Positions 50,885-63,731 are shown, numbered from the stretch's first letter. The stretch: DNA of 64,000 nucleotides from Hydrolagus colliei (GCA_035084275.1 CM068745.1:82460001-82524000); one strand, 5' to 3'. Made by a program: numbers and translations. The notes: generated by a model from the sequence alone, not told the origin.

Positions 50885-51165
50885 GGAATCCCGTAGCTTA
50901 GTAATTAGACTAGTCCTCCCCTCGCAAGTGAGAGGGACCTGGATTAGATTCTCAGACAGGGTGAAACCTTAGCCCAAGTGGCTTTTTTTCCCCTCTCCGC
51001 ACACACTCTATCCCAAGTCTGTTTGTGTGGGCGACGCTGCCGTGTGCAATTGGCTGCCGCGTTTCGCCTCCCTCCCCCCAAAATGTACAGTCGATTCACT
51101 TTACCGTGAAGCGCTATTGAAACGTCTCGTAGACGTAACAAGGGCTATTTTAATTGCGGATAATA
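50885..51165 (+). mobile_element. Diverged tRNA-derived SINE
   Basis: ccgtagcttag head, caattggctgccgcgtttcgcc body, acgtctcgtagacgt hairpin. Confidence 0.75.
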
Positions 51166-53794
51166 ATAGTTGTCATTACAGGTTTATTAGCCAATTTGCT
51201 CTCAAAGACAAGAGTGCAGGAAATGGAGGCGCAGAATTGTGCAGTAGATGGCACTCATGAGCTTGAAGAAAGTTCTGATGAAAGGTGGAGTCAAACCTCG
51301 GCTGTTTATATAATATCTCAACTTCAGCTGCCTGGAGCTCTTGACCAAAAAAGGATCTAGTATTCCGTTCTCCACAGCGTGTCTCACACAAGAAACAAAT
51401 GGGGGAAACAAGAGATAAATCACAGAATTTCGGGCGCTGGTATCTTCTTCCCCTTTTAACGAACGATTCTCAGTCACATTTGACCACAAACTATTTAATA
51501 AGCCATTTAATCCGCTTTTTTTAAATGTTTGAGTCACAGAGTTGTTTGTAATCACTGTAGTCAATCAGGTGCTGACAGAGAAAGAGGAGAAAGAACTGGC
51601 AGGGCATGAGAAAGGAAGGAGTGAGAGAGAGAGAGAGAGAGAGGCTAGTGACAATAATGTGAGTGAGATTGTCGTTGTATATGAGCTCTGTGCTCAGCTC
51701 TGCAGTATGAAACTTATTGTAGTGCGAAGGATCATTCTTCAGCTCCCCCCCCCACCCACCCACCCACCCGGAGGGGAGTAATTTCCCCTTAGATCTCAGC
51801 ATGTTCTGCCATTTCATCTTAAAATTTTTAAAAGACTGACTAGTGGAAAATTCTAAAAATTGAGTTCCAGTTTGTAAAACCCTTTTTTTTCCGAACTAAA
51901 AATTGCCAGGATCCTGGTCCCCAAATTAATACCACACCTGGTTGACATTAACAATAATCATTCATGGCGTTTGATACAGCGCCTTTATCACGTCTGGCGA
52001 GATGTGATTGATGGCTGGATCACATCTCGCCAGAGATGATTTTATCTCCCCCCCCCCCCACCCCCCCACCCCCTACCCTTCCCATCATCGACAAACGTTC
52101 CCGAGACCAATATCTGTACCAACCCCCCCCCAAATTGAAGTCACCTTTGCTCAACAGATTGTGGATCGATGCTTAAACCCTAGAGGCACGTATTGCATAG
52201 GCTTCACTACCTGAGTCATTTAAGGGAGAGGTATTTTATAAAAGGATTTTGTTTCTTCCGCACCATCCACCCACACACTGCTAACCCACGCCCTCATCCT
52301 CTGACTGTACAACTTCTCAGCTGCCTCAGGATTTGTAGTGGAATGGGAGTTACACGAGGCGAGTGTAAGTCACTGCAGATGTATAGGTGGTTACTTGGCG
52401 TGGAGAGTGATAGTTTTTGTCGCAGATCCCTACTTTGGGAGGCAGAGCTCCCTTTGCCCTTTGCTGATAAAGAGAATCCCAATCGGTTACCAAACCCCCC
52501 CCCCCCCCCCCCCACGCTTGTAAAGCAAGGTTCGGGTCGGGGGAGGACAGCCCAAGGAAGTGTTAAACAGGAACGTTAGCACTGGAGTGACCAGCCCGGT
52601 GACATGCCACACATGGGGTGGAAACTTGGCCAACAAGTGAGAATCACTGGTGATATCAGGGATCCATGGGTGTGCAAAACGCCACCAGACATTTTGTTTA
52701 TATTTTGCCCCATTCTGATACTCCGGCAGGGACAGCAGCTCATATACCCTGACATTTATCAACTACATGTACAAACTACATCATTTGCTACGATGTATTC
52801 GGTCTGGGGGCCAAGTGGGAAGGTGTGGGAGGCTGGGGACGTTGGGGGAGCCTCGGGTTTAGGGGACTCAGTTGCTCTAATGCCAAAGCAACGTTGGGTT
52901 TTACAAGCAGTAAACTTGTTCGTAGAGATTTACCACATTTTTTTAAAGAAAAAAAACAAAAAAAACACACACACACCAGCTCAAATCATGTCACAGTTGA
53001 TTTCTATCAGATGCGTCGGCCTCTTGTTTTAAAAAATCTCGGCAATCCGTAACATCCGCCCGTCAACTGTGTTAACGTCTGCTTTGGTTCTTCCCAACGC
53101 GCTTCAGTGCCTCTCGAGTGCGATTAGGGCTCTCTGTCGAAACGTTTGCGGAAAGTCACCGAGCTGTGTGCTTGTGCTTGTGCGACACTCCCAGCATTTG
53201 CAAGTTCCTACAAGGCACAAGACCATTATGTGCGCGGTCTGTAATTATCTCGTGGAATCAATCATGATGCATTGCATTTCACACTGCCTGCCCAGACTTT
53301 TTTTTCCCCCTGACACTTTTTTTTAACTGCCCAGCTTCATAAACAGCAGAGACAGAGAGAGAGAGAGAACATTAAAGCCGCAGGAGTGAGACACAGTGGG
53401 GAGATGGCGGTACAGGAATCAGGCCATATTTTTTGATCAATTAATATATAGTCAACTCATTTTGCAATGTATTCTGTGACGCGCTTTGAGACGTCTCGAA
53501 GACGTGATAAGGCGCCACATCGAATGTATGATTATTTTTTATCATTACTACCATTACTGTCATTACTAACAAGCTTTGGAGAATAAAGCCACTCTGTGAC
53601 TTGCGAAACGTTCATCCAATAAGGGGTCATGGAAACCAGGTTTTCTCATTAAAGAGGTATTTATTAGCCAGCGGAAATGCGTATTAAAAGCAGACGCCAT
53701 AGAACACCGAGGGGGGAGTGTAACTGCAGCAGCTATAATACATTATACATGCTATGGCATGGGTAGGGAGCCTGTTGAGACATGAGGCAGTATA

Positions 53795-54120
53795 TAATAA
53801 GAATAATAAGAATCCTTGCATTTAATATAGCGCTTTTCACGTCGACAAGACGACCCAAAGCTCTTCACAGAATAGACTGTAATGTGAATTGACTGTATAT
53901 TTGTGGGCGAAACGTGGCAGCCAATTGCGCACAGCAGTGTCCCCCACAAACAGTCGTGGATTGAAATGACCAATTTATTTTTTTTAAATGTGAGGGATTA
54001 TTAATAGGCGTGTGGAGTAAGGAAACATGCCCAAGATTTCGCCCTGACCTGCCTGGATTCGAACACCGATCTCACACCTGTAAAATTGAATGCTCTAACC
54101 CACTGAGCTCCAGGAGCTCC
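53795..54120 (-). mobile_element. Young tRNA-derived SINE, full length
   Basis: Antisense tail through ggattcgaac to actgagctccaggagctcc. Confidence 0.9.
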
Positions 54121-54595
54121 ACAAAGTGGTCAATATCCCGGGGACAGACACTCTACACGTGGGAGTCTGGAAATTCATAAATTTCTGCGCGCTGCCAGTG
54201 ATTATTGGAAAATCTCGATTGACACAGGGAATTCGACCAACAATGGAAAATGGGAGAAACAGTGCAACTTGCATGAGCTGTAATTGCAGCACAAAAGCAG
54301 GATGACCAGTTTCAACAACATGGGAGTGCCGGGCTTCGAGGCTAAGAAAAGTTAAACAGAGCAAATCCCCCAAAAATGTTGGTGTTGTAAACAGACTGGT
54401 TCAATCAGCGCTACCCAACACCGCAGAGCTGATGTTACAGTACTTTTAAAAGTCTGTTGAAAACGTGAAAAGTCTTAAAATGATCAACGGTTTTGCCGAT
54501 CGACTTCCACCACCCTTTTCCGTCCGCTTCCCCCTGTTCTGTTCGACCACAGGGCTAAGGCCAGGCATTCCTGCCGCGCGGTCTGTCCAGTAAGA

Positions 54596-55904
54596 CTCTT
54601 TGTGTCTTCTCTTTGTCTTCTCTGATCGCCTTATTATTCTTGGCGATTTCAACCTCCATTTCACCCCCTCCTGCCCCATTTCCTCTGAATTTTCCTCTTT
54701 ACTTTCGTCTTTCAACTTCTCCCTTCATATCAACACTGCCACCCACACTCACGGCCATCCTCTCGATCTGGTGATCACCCGAGGCCTCAACGTCTCTGGC
54801 GTCACCATCACAGACAAGGCCATTTCCGACCATTTTTTCATTTCCTGCAACACCTCTATCCCTCCCCCCTCCACTTCCAAACCCACCACCATCTTCTACC
54901 GGCCCTGGAAGAAGATTCCCCCTCAAACTTTCACCTCTGGCCTAGAAACCTCCGACCTCTTCCCACAATGGCATTATTTTTGTACCGACCCATCCTCCGC
55001 CAACACCGCCCTCCACAACACCCTCTCCACTACCCTCGACACCCTGGCCCCCCTCACCTCCAAAACCATCTCCCATTCCCGGTCGTCACCGTGGTACACA
55101 ACTCACCTCCGTTCCCTCAAAAGCCAAGTGAGAGCAGCTGAACGCACCTGGCTCAAATCTGGCCTCACTGTCCACCGGCAAATCTGGCTGGACCGCATCA
55201 AATTTTACCGCTCCGCCCTAGCCACCGCCAAATCAGCCTTCTACTCCAGGATAATCCTGGAAGCGAAGGACAACCACCGCCTCCTCTTCGCCACCACCAA
55301 CCAGCTGCTCCGCCCCCCCCGCCTCACCTCGCAGATCCTCTCCTCAAACGTTCGTTGTGAGGAGATGCTGGACTTCCTCGAGTCTAAAATTGAGAAAATC
55401 CGCTCTGCGGTTTCCTCCCCCCACCACTCCTCCACCTCAGCGCCCTCATCAGCTACCTCAACCCCTACTCACCCCCCATTTCACACTTTCAACCCCACCA
55501 CCCCGCTTTCAGTCACAAAAACAATCACCTCCATGAAACCCACCACGTGCTCATTGGACCCCATCCCTACCCCCCTCCTCCGCACCCAGCTCCATTTGTT
55601 AGCCCCGCTCATTTCTGACACCATTAACCTTTCCCTCTCCTTAGGCAGCGTCCCTACCTCCCATAAAACAGCCACCATCACCCCTATCCTGAAGAAACCC
55701 TCCCTTGATGCGTCGCAACCATCAAGCTACTGACCCATCTCCAACCGCCCGTTTCTATCCAAGGTCCTTGAAAGAGTGGTTGCCTCCCAGCTCCGCTCTT
55801 TCCTTTCAACTCACTCACTTCTTGAACCCCTCCAATCAGGTTTCCGCCCTATCCACAGCACAGAAACTGCCCTGGTCAAGGTCACAAATGACATCCTAAC
55901 CGCC
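54596..55904 (+). mobile_element. L2-clade LINE ORF2, 5-prime part (truncated endonuclease, linker, RT start)
   Basis: ORF 54600-55733 with IILGDFNLH and SDHF endonuclease motifs. After one TGA it continues [17 protein letters not shown]...[14 protein letters not shown]. Confidence 0.92.
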
Positions 55905-56619
55905 ACATGTGTAGGCGTCAAGATTTGAAGTATTTTTAACCGTTGTTATTTTACTCTTGGGTCATCGCCCTGTCTGTAATTTTCTGGGTTTTAAGATGAA
56001 AAACAACTTGGCAACCTGCAAAAGTGCTGGAATTCAATCCCTCCAACATTTGAAGAAAGAATTCATCATGACACAATATCATATAGTGCTTCACAAGCGA
56101 TTCTCCGCTTAAGTATATACTATGCAATGTATTAGACTGAAACTTTAACTTTTATCATGTTTTGCAAATGGTTTCAATTCTCCTTTTAGAGTGTTAAACC
56201 CTTTAAGTTTCTTTCAGGCACGTTATTGTTTGATCTTTGCGGAGATCTCAGCTCCTTTTCCCCTGTCTGGTAGCAACTGAGTCTAAAAAGCAACAATTCC
56301 TCAATTAATCCTTGCATTGATTACGCCATTGAGAAGTCTAAAATACTACTTTTTATTGTGTAGCATGTCGTGACTGTGTAGTTACAGGCACACATTGAAC
56401 AACTGCTGAAATGGCGCAGCTCTAGTTAAAAAAAAACACAAAATGGTCAACGAACAATTTTCATTCAAATTTGACACTTTCTTTTAAACGTTAAAAGTGT
56501 TAACAAACATTAGCATTTTGTACATTAGCGCGTGCGTGCTATCATTCCGAGATTTCCTGCTAATTATTGGGAAGTACAGTATAATGAATAGTTTTTTTTA
56601 ACAGAAGAAGTTTCCATAA

Positions 56620-56760
56620 AACCCCACTGAGGTGAATAGCAAATTTAGATGAAGAACTGTTGATCACACACCCAGAGAAAGTCCCTTCTGTTTTTGAATA
56701 GTGTCGTGCCAACTTTCACATTCACCTGAAGACAATGAGATAGTCCCAATGAGAATGGAT
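56620..56760 (-). mobile_element. Old SINE remnant inside the L2-interrupting segment
   Basis: cccagagaaagtcccttctgtttttgaatagtgtcgtgcc...cattcacctga resembles the antisense Deu region. Confidence 0.45.
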
Positions 56761-57236
56761 GGTGAGCGAAATCAAAGAAACTAGGCTGTTCTTGGAAGGT
56801 GTATACAGTATTGAATATCAGGTCTTTTGTAATGTGGAAACAGGTTCATTTTAATAATAATAAATTATCTAGAAAGGTCACTGTATACCGGGACCCTGAA
56901 TGTAACAGCTCAATAGATAGCATACGCTGAATTTCACACAAGTCCCTTGTGTCGCAAACAATTCCACAGATCTATTGCTGCACAACTAATTGCCTAGAAA
57001 CATACTGATCTGAATACAAATGAAAACAGACAGCCCATAGTGTTCGTTTGTGCAAAACAATTGATGGATGTACCTTAATCTATGTTTTGCATCCGAGATA
57101 ATTTATTGAATCCCGCACGCAGGCAGGTTCAATGATGATTCATTGGATAACACTGACTGAATATTCAAAACTAATGCAAAACTTTAATTGCACTGCACTT
57201 TCGGCAATTCGGAGCTTGAGTTGCTTTGCCTTGTGA

Positions 57237-58625
57237 ACTCACTTTTTGAACCCCTCCAATCAGGTTTCCGCCCTATCCACAGCACAGAAACTGCCCTGGT
57301 CAAGGTCACAAATGACATCCTAACCGCCTGTGACCAGGGCTCCCTCTGCCTCCTCGTCCTCCTTGACCTGTCTGCTGCGTTCGACACAGTCGATCACACC
57401 ATCCTCCTCCAACGTCTTTCCTCCCACCACAACCTTCAAGGCACAGTCCTTGACTGGTTCCACTCTTATTTGACCCACCGTTTACATTTTGTTTCTTCCA
57501 ACGGTTTTTCTTCAAACCCCCGCACAGTTTCTCACGGCGTTCCTCAGGGCTCTGTCCTCGGTCCCCTCCTTTTCACCATTTACACGCTCCCTCTGGGCGA
57601 CGTCATCCGCAAACATGGGGTAAATTTCCACATGTATGCGGACGACACCCAGTTGTACCTTTCTGCCTCATCCCTCAACCCCCAGACGATCGATGTTCTG
57701 ACAGCATGTCTGTCCGACATCGAGTCGTCGACGAGGGACAACTTGCAATTGAACGTGAGTAAGACCGAGGCCCTCCTGATTGGCTCAAGCCAGCGCCTCC
57801 GCACATTGGGCGCTGCCAGCCTCAACATCCAAGGCTGTACTCTCCACCTCACAAAGCCAATCAGGAACCTCGGCATCACGTTCGATCAAAAACTTTCCTT
57901 CCTCCCCCACATCTGTGCCTTGACCGGCACCGCTTATTTCCACCTGCGCAACATTGCCAGGCTCCGCAACCATCTTACCCCCCGCGCTGCCGAAACACTC
58001 GTGCACGCGTACATCACCTCACGGCTGGACTACGGAAATTCTCTCCTCGTCGGCCTCCCCAGTTCCTCCATTCACAGGCTGCAGGTCATCCAAAACTCTG
58101 CAGCCCGTGTACTATCCCGCACCCGCCTCCGCGACCACATAACCCCCACCCTCGCCCGTCTCCACTGGCTCCCCATCCTCCAGAGGATCGAGTTCAAGAT
58201 CCTCGTCCTCACCTACAAGGCCTTACACGGCCTTGCCCCATCCTACCTAGCCGATCTACTCTCTCCCTACACGCCCACCCGGACCCTCCGTTCAGCAGGA
58301 CTTGGCCTGCTCCAAGCCCCCCGCCCGAACCGCCCCACCATCGGAGGCCGGGCCTTCAGTTTCTCCGCTCCCACCCTATGGAATGCCATCCCTCAATCCC
58401 TCCGTTTCGTCTCTTCCCTTTCCTCTTTCAAGGCCGGTTTGAAGACTTTCCTCTTCGACCGTGCCTTTTGTCCCACCCCGAACTCTTTTACCTCCCCTTC
58501 GTGTTTCACCCCTTCCCAAACACTCCCCTCCCAGCTCGGGTCACACGCCTCCTGTGCAGCGCCTTGGGACGTCCTCCCGACGTGAAAGGCGCTCTATAAA
58601 TGTAATTTGTTGTTGTTGTTGTTGT
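57237..58625 (+). mobile_element. L2-clade LINE ORF2, 3-prime part (RT domain) with 3-prime tail
   Basis: LLDLSAAFDTVDH, GVPQGSVLGP and YADDTQLY RT motifs. Ends in a stem-loop tail and (TTG)n. Confidence 0.95.
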
Positions 58626-59003
58626 GCTATTGTGGATGCCAGTCCAGTTGATTTGGAAGCTGGTCTACCACGGTTGATCTAAAAGGATACTACTACTACT
58701 AATACTAATAGTAGGCATCAGATGTCTACCTTTCAGCAGCGGCCTCGAGATATTATTCTCCAGGCTCATTGTCAACTCTCTAACCAATATGCCAATGAGG
58801 CCAATTTGCAGTCGATCACTTAATTCAGAAACTCTACAGCGTAGGGAAACAAAATTAGACTTGAATGCAATTTCGTACCAAGTTGGACACAGTGTCACAG
58901 ATTCCAATTCTCCCGGGGGTATCTCAATACACAGAGGGAAGCGAGAACATTGTATTCATTTCTGCACCTACTGTTCACCTCACGATGGTACTTCATCACA
59001 TAA

Positions 59004-59160
59004 CCTCATAGAATTATAGGATTGTACAGCACAGGAAGGAGGCCATTTGGCCCGTCGTGTCTGTGCCGTCTTTTTGAAAAGAGCAACTCAATCCAACTCC
59101 CCACCCTGCTCTCTCCCCATAGCCCTGCAAACTTGCCTTCCCCCAAATAATTATCTATTT
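59004..59160 (-). mobile_element. CR1 3-prime end
   Basis: catagaattatagg...gaggccatttggcccgtcgtgtctgtgccg. Confidence 0.75.
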
Positions 59161-59959
59161 GGGAAAGGAGTCCTAGGAAATGTTGTGCTGCTCTTCCTGT
59201 GTGATGTACATTGACAGTTCACTTAGCTCATGTCAGAGTTTCTCTGTAAAGGTAAGTGGAGCTGGGAATATCTTGAGATTTTTAAATCAGATTTATTACT
59301 GTTTCTGTATCATAACATGGGTGCAATCTGTCTCTGTAACCTTATAAAATATATATTTACTGTTATGGAGCTCTGATTCTGGGTCTGGCTCCATGAAAAT
59401 TACATGTTACAATAAATAAATTCTTAGCAACCAGCAGTGAGCATTCTCTCGACAGTTACGTTTGTATTGAAAACTGAGTTATTGTCTGTTTTCTTTCTAA
59501 AATATTATCTTGTCAGTCTTAAAATACAATGTGTGTCGCTTGAATGCAATAATACATTGTTTATAGGGCCAGCCAGGAGCTGAATCGATGATTAGAAGTT
59601 GTGTTCTACACATTGGAAACGTTATGAAATTGGGAGCATCACCTTGGAATATAACCTTCAACAAGTACAACATCCAGCAGCAGTCACAGGAACATTGGGT
59701 CTAAAATCCTGCAAAACTAATTTGGGAGTTAAATAGGAACACAGCAACCAAGTATACTTGATCCCAATCTACTGGAGCTACCCAAGTTGGCCCAACCAGG
59801 GATATCTTTGGCTGAAATTCTGGTTGACTGTTACACGTGATGATGGCTGGTAATTGAATTTGTAATGTGGATTAATTACGTACAACATTACAACACGGAA
59901 ATGGCCATTCAGCCTGACTAGTACCTGCTGGGGTTTATAGTAATAATTGCACTGGCACT

Positions 59960-60460
59960 TGACAGAGAGCTTGATCATGTCTTTGAGACATCCCAAAGCG
60001 CTTTGCAGAATATACTGTGAAGTGTAGTGACTTTGTTTTGCCCACAAATATACAGTCAATTTTCCTACTCTTCTTCGTCCTGCCCCGATCCCTCCCTACC
60101 ATGCTCTTGTCCCTACCTGACAGTACAGCGCCTTGGGACGTCCTCACGGAAGGCGCTATATAAATGTAAGTTTTGATTGAGTGATTTGATTGATGTATTG
60201 GGAGAAACGTGGCAGCCAATTGCGCACAGCACTGTCCCACAAACAGCCATGGGCTGAGTGACCAATTTATTACTATTGTGTTATGAAGGAACGGTTACTT
60301 CTGGAATAGCGATCCACCAATCAACCAACAACCGTGTTCCTACTTACCACTGGGTGAACAGAGGTGGGTGGATTAAGGAAACTTGCCTAACATTTCACCT
60401 CTAACGGGAATTGAACCCGGTTCTCCTGCTTGCGAGGCGAGTGCTCTAACCACTGAGCTT
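59960..60460 (-). mobile_element. tRNA-derived SINE interrupted by a chimeric SINE
   Basis: Tail about 59960-60031, body and head 60195-60460 (gagtgctctaaccactgagct). Confidence 0.75.
60032..60194 (+). mobile_element. Chimeric SINE copy nested in a minus-strand SINE
   Basis: Same junction and TTGA-type tail as 27335; the host SINE spans about 59960-60460. Confidence 0.7.
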
Positions 60461-61348
60461 CAGAATTATTTTTGTGGGTTGTGGGTAACGTTTATTAGAT
60501 GGTGCTAACATTTATTGGGGGATGTATTTGTGGAGGGGACTACCGTTTATTTTTTATACCCCACATGAGCCTCGATCCCTCCTAACGCCCCTCTCCTATA
60601 CCCCATGTGTTTCTTTCTTCTTCAGAGAGTGTCAGGTTTTCAATCACCTTCTGCTTAAAGAAATCCCTGGCACTACAGAAAACATACAATTTTCATTGGG
60701 AGAGTGAATTTTAGCACTATACACCAAGAGTTTTATGTGTTTATTCTACGGGCATTCATTATTTTTTGTGATATAAAGAGACATTTACCACAGTTACGTT
60801 TAACACTGTGTTAGGTTGCTCTTTTCCCACTTACTGTTGCAGACGCCCACTAACGGTGGTCCACAGTTAACCCACCCTCTCCAAAAGGTTGGAATTTCAC
60901 AATGAATTGCGGTATTGCCATTATTCCCCCCCAAAAAATGGCTGCGACAGAAGGATAAAAAGTTGTTTGGGTGAAATCTTAATTGAAATGCATCATTCAA
61001 TGGGCGGTGAAGAGGAAGCCGGCTTTATTGACTCAGAGAGAGTGTTTGGATATCTTGATGCCTGGGGAGATGGATTAATGTTATAGCGTCTGCCTAAAAG
61101 AGTCAGTGAGATTTGCAAAGTTCCGGTCGGAACTAATGGCTGTATTAACAGGAAAGACGAACAGAGACAAAGCACTATCCATCATTTATAAATTCGTCTA
61201 ACTTGTATCTGGACATATAGCATATATAGATATCCCTCTGTTCCAGCTTTTTTTTAAATTCAATCAAAGTAAAGGAACTTTTCTACAAAACCAAACCATG
61301 GCTTTCTCTGCATACTACTTGTAACTGATGAAGAGAAACAGAGATGTT

Positions 61349-62110
61349 ACATAAGAACATAAGAATTAGGAGCAGGAGTATTCTCTCCATTTCAGGACCG
61401 AGCATCTACTGCACTTTTGAGGTAGAGAATTCCATAAATTCACTACCTCTGAGTGAAGATGTTTTTCCTCAACTCTGCAAAAAAGGCTGACCCCTAATCT
61501 TAAGACTGTGACCCCTGGTTCTGGTTTCTCCAACCAGAGGAAATTGTCTTCCACTGTCTACTCTGTCATGCCCCTTTAATAATCTTTTAGGTTTCTATAA
61601 GGTCACTTCTAATTCTTCTATATTCTAGAGAATATAGGCCTAGATTACTCAAGCTATAGCTCAACCCCCTCATCCCAGGAACCAATCTACACTGCACCCC
61701 CTCTAAGGCAGGTATGTTCTTTCTTAAATAAGGAGACCAAATCTGCACACAATACTCTAGGTGCGGTCTCACCAGAGCCCTATACAGTTGCAGCAAGACT
61801 TCCCTACTCTTATATTCTAACCCTTTTGTAATGAACACCAACATACTGTTAGCCTTCCTAACTGCTTGTTGTACCTGCAAACTTTGTGACTGGTGTACAG
61901 GGACACCCAAGTCTGTCTGAACAGTTAACACTACCTAGTTTCTCCCTTTCTAGAAAAAAATATTTTCTGTTTTTTACTACCAATCACTTCACATTTCCCC
62001 ATGTTATATTTAATCTGCCACCTTCTTGCCCACTCGCCTATAGCCTATCTAGATCCCTGTTGCATTTTTTTTGTGTGCTATCCTCGGTGTTTATTCTACC
62101 TCCTAGTTCA
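61349..62110 (-). mobile_element. CR1 fragment with internal deletions
   Basis: Antisense LLQLYRALVRPHLEYCVQIWSPYL...LYSLEYRR; tail acataagaacataagaa. Confidence 0.9.
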
Positions 62111-62299
62111 GTGCCAGTGTTGAAATCAAACCATGGGTTTCTCTGCATATCTAATAACTGATGAAGAGAACCAGAGATGTTACATAAGAACGTAAGAATT
62201 AGGATCAGGCCCCACCTGGCATTTGACGCGGCTGATCCGAACTTCAGTTTGTGCCTCAATACATTACTCCCTGATCTTAGTGTGTGCGGGCTTGAGACA

Positions 62300-62970
62300 T
62301 GTTCTCACCGTCCTTTCAGTCTGTCGAAAGAGCATCTGGTTTTGGGAATGTTAAACGACTTCCTCTCCCCATCTGGATCTTTACCTCCCGGCTTGACTAT
62401 GCAAATGCCTTGCTGGTCGCCCTACCCAATTCCTCTCTCCCCTTGCTGCAGATAATCCAGAACTCTCTGGCCCGTGTCCTCTACCGTTCCAAACTCTGTG
62501 ACCCCATCTCCCCCGTCCTTGCCTGACTCCATTGGCTCCCCATCATCCAGAGGATCCAATTCAAGATCCTGGTCCTCACACTTAAAGTCCTCCACAACCT
62601 CGCCCCACCCTACATCCGTGACCTCCTATCCCCTTACCAACTTGCCCGCCCCCTCCGCTCAGCAGGCTCTGGCCCGCTTCACATCCCCCGACCCACCCGT
62701 CCCACCATTGGAGGGTGAGTCTTCAGTCACTCTGCCCCCAACCTCTGGAACTCCATCCCGCAGTCCCTCCGCCTCGCTCGCCCCCTCCGTGGCCTCTTTC
62801 AAGTCTCGCCTTAAAACTTTCCTCTTCGGTGGACCCATCGGCAACTCCTCCCCCTTTCCCCCCCTCCACCCCTGTCCTCCGCTCGGGTCTGAAGCAGTAT
62901 CTGTCCAGCGTCTTGGGACGTCCTCCTGACGTGAAAGGCTCTAAAAATGTAATTTTACAGTTGTTGTTGT
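62300..62970 (+). mobile_element. L2, 5-prime-truncated copy
   Basis: FTSRLDYANALL...LQIIQNSLARVL; tail cttgggacgtcctcctgacgtgaaaggc. Confidence 0.85.
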
Positions 62971-63413
62971 TACCTCACATGAAAGGACAAGATACAAATG
63001 CAACCTGTTGTTGTTTCCTTGATTTTCCGACTCCCTCCGTTTCTCTTTCTCTCTCTCTCACACACACACACACACCCTGTCTCTTAAGTGTTTTCTCTCT
63101 TATTCATTGTACTTCAACTTCACAGACAGTGAGGGCTGCTTTTCTCACAGCCACTCCCCCAATTGTGATCCATTTGTATTATGGAGACTTCAGTAGTTTT
63201 TATTGAACAGGTGCCAAGTTTACATGGAACGGGCATGAAAAAACACTGAAACCTGTTTACATGAATAACTCCCACTTCGGTGAGGAGTACACCCTAAAGG
63301 AATTTTGACTTCAGTCAACTTCTCACTCGATAAGTTTTTAGGCTTCGGTGATTGAGACCGGCTGAGTATCTTATTCTGCTGAGCTGTCCTGCGCCTTCTG
63401 AAAGAGACCTTGT

Positions 63414-63600
63414 CAAGAGGAAACTGGCCGATTTCTTCAGACATCAGAAACGTGATTGATTGATTGATTGATTGATCGATCTAAACTTGACAAGAGGAAA
63501 TCTGCCGCTCGCCTCCGACCTTGAGTGGGTTAATGTTGCTGACTGTACTTCTGCTGAAAGACTGCGTGTGTTAAGTTCACTGCACACACTTCCTAGTTTC
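63414..63600 (+). promoter_or_regulatory. ETS-type motif cluster upstream of the signal-peptide exon
   Basis: Two similar caagaggaaa motifs (about 63411-63423 and 63491-63500) and ACTTCCT at 63588-63594. Motif matches only. Confidence 0.3.
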
Positions 63601-63646
63601 CTTATTGTCTTAACGTTGTGCTTTGCAGAGTTGCACAGACTCGCCC

Positions 63647-63731
63647 ATGGCAGCAATGGAGCGAAACTGGTTGAAAAAGTCACCCTTCGAACTCGCAAGC
63701 CTGCTGGCGTTTTCGCTGATCTTCTCGCTGG
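63647..63731 (+). CDS. Signal-peptide exon of the next gene (probable EWI-family CD101/IGSF3-like)
   Basis: cccATGG start, MAAMERNWLKKSPFELASLLAFSLIFSL+G, strong phase-1 donor CTGG|gtgagt. Identity is inferred only from mammalian PTGFRN-CD101 synteny. Confidence 0.6.
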
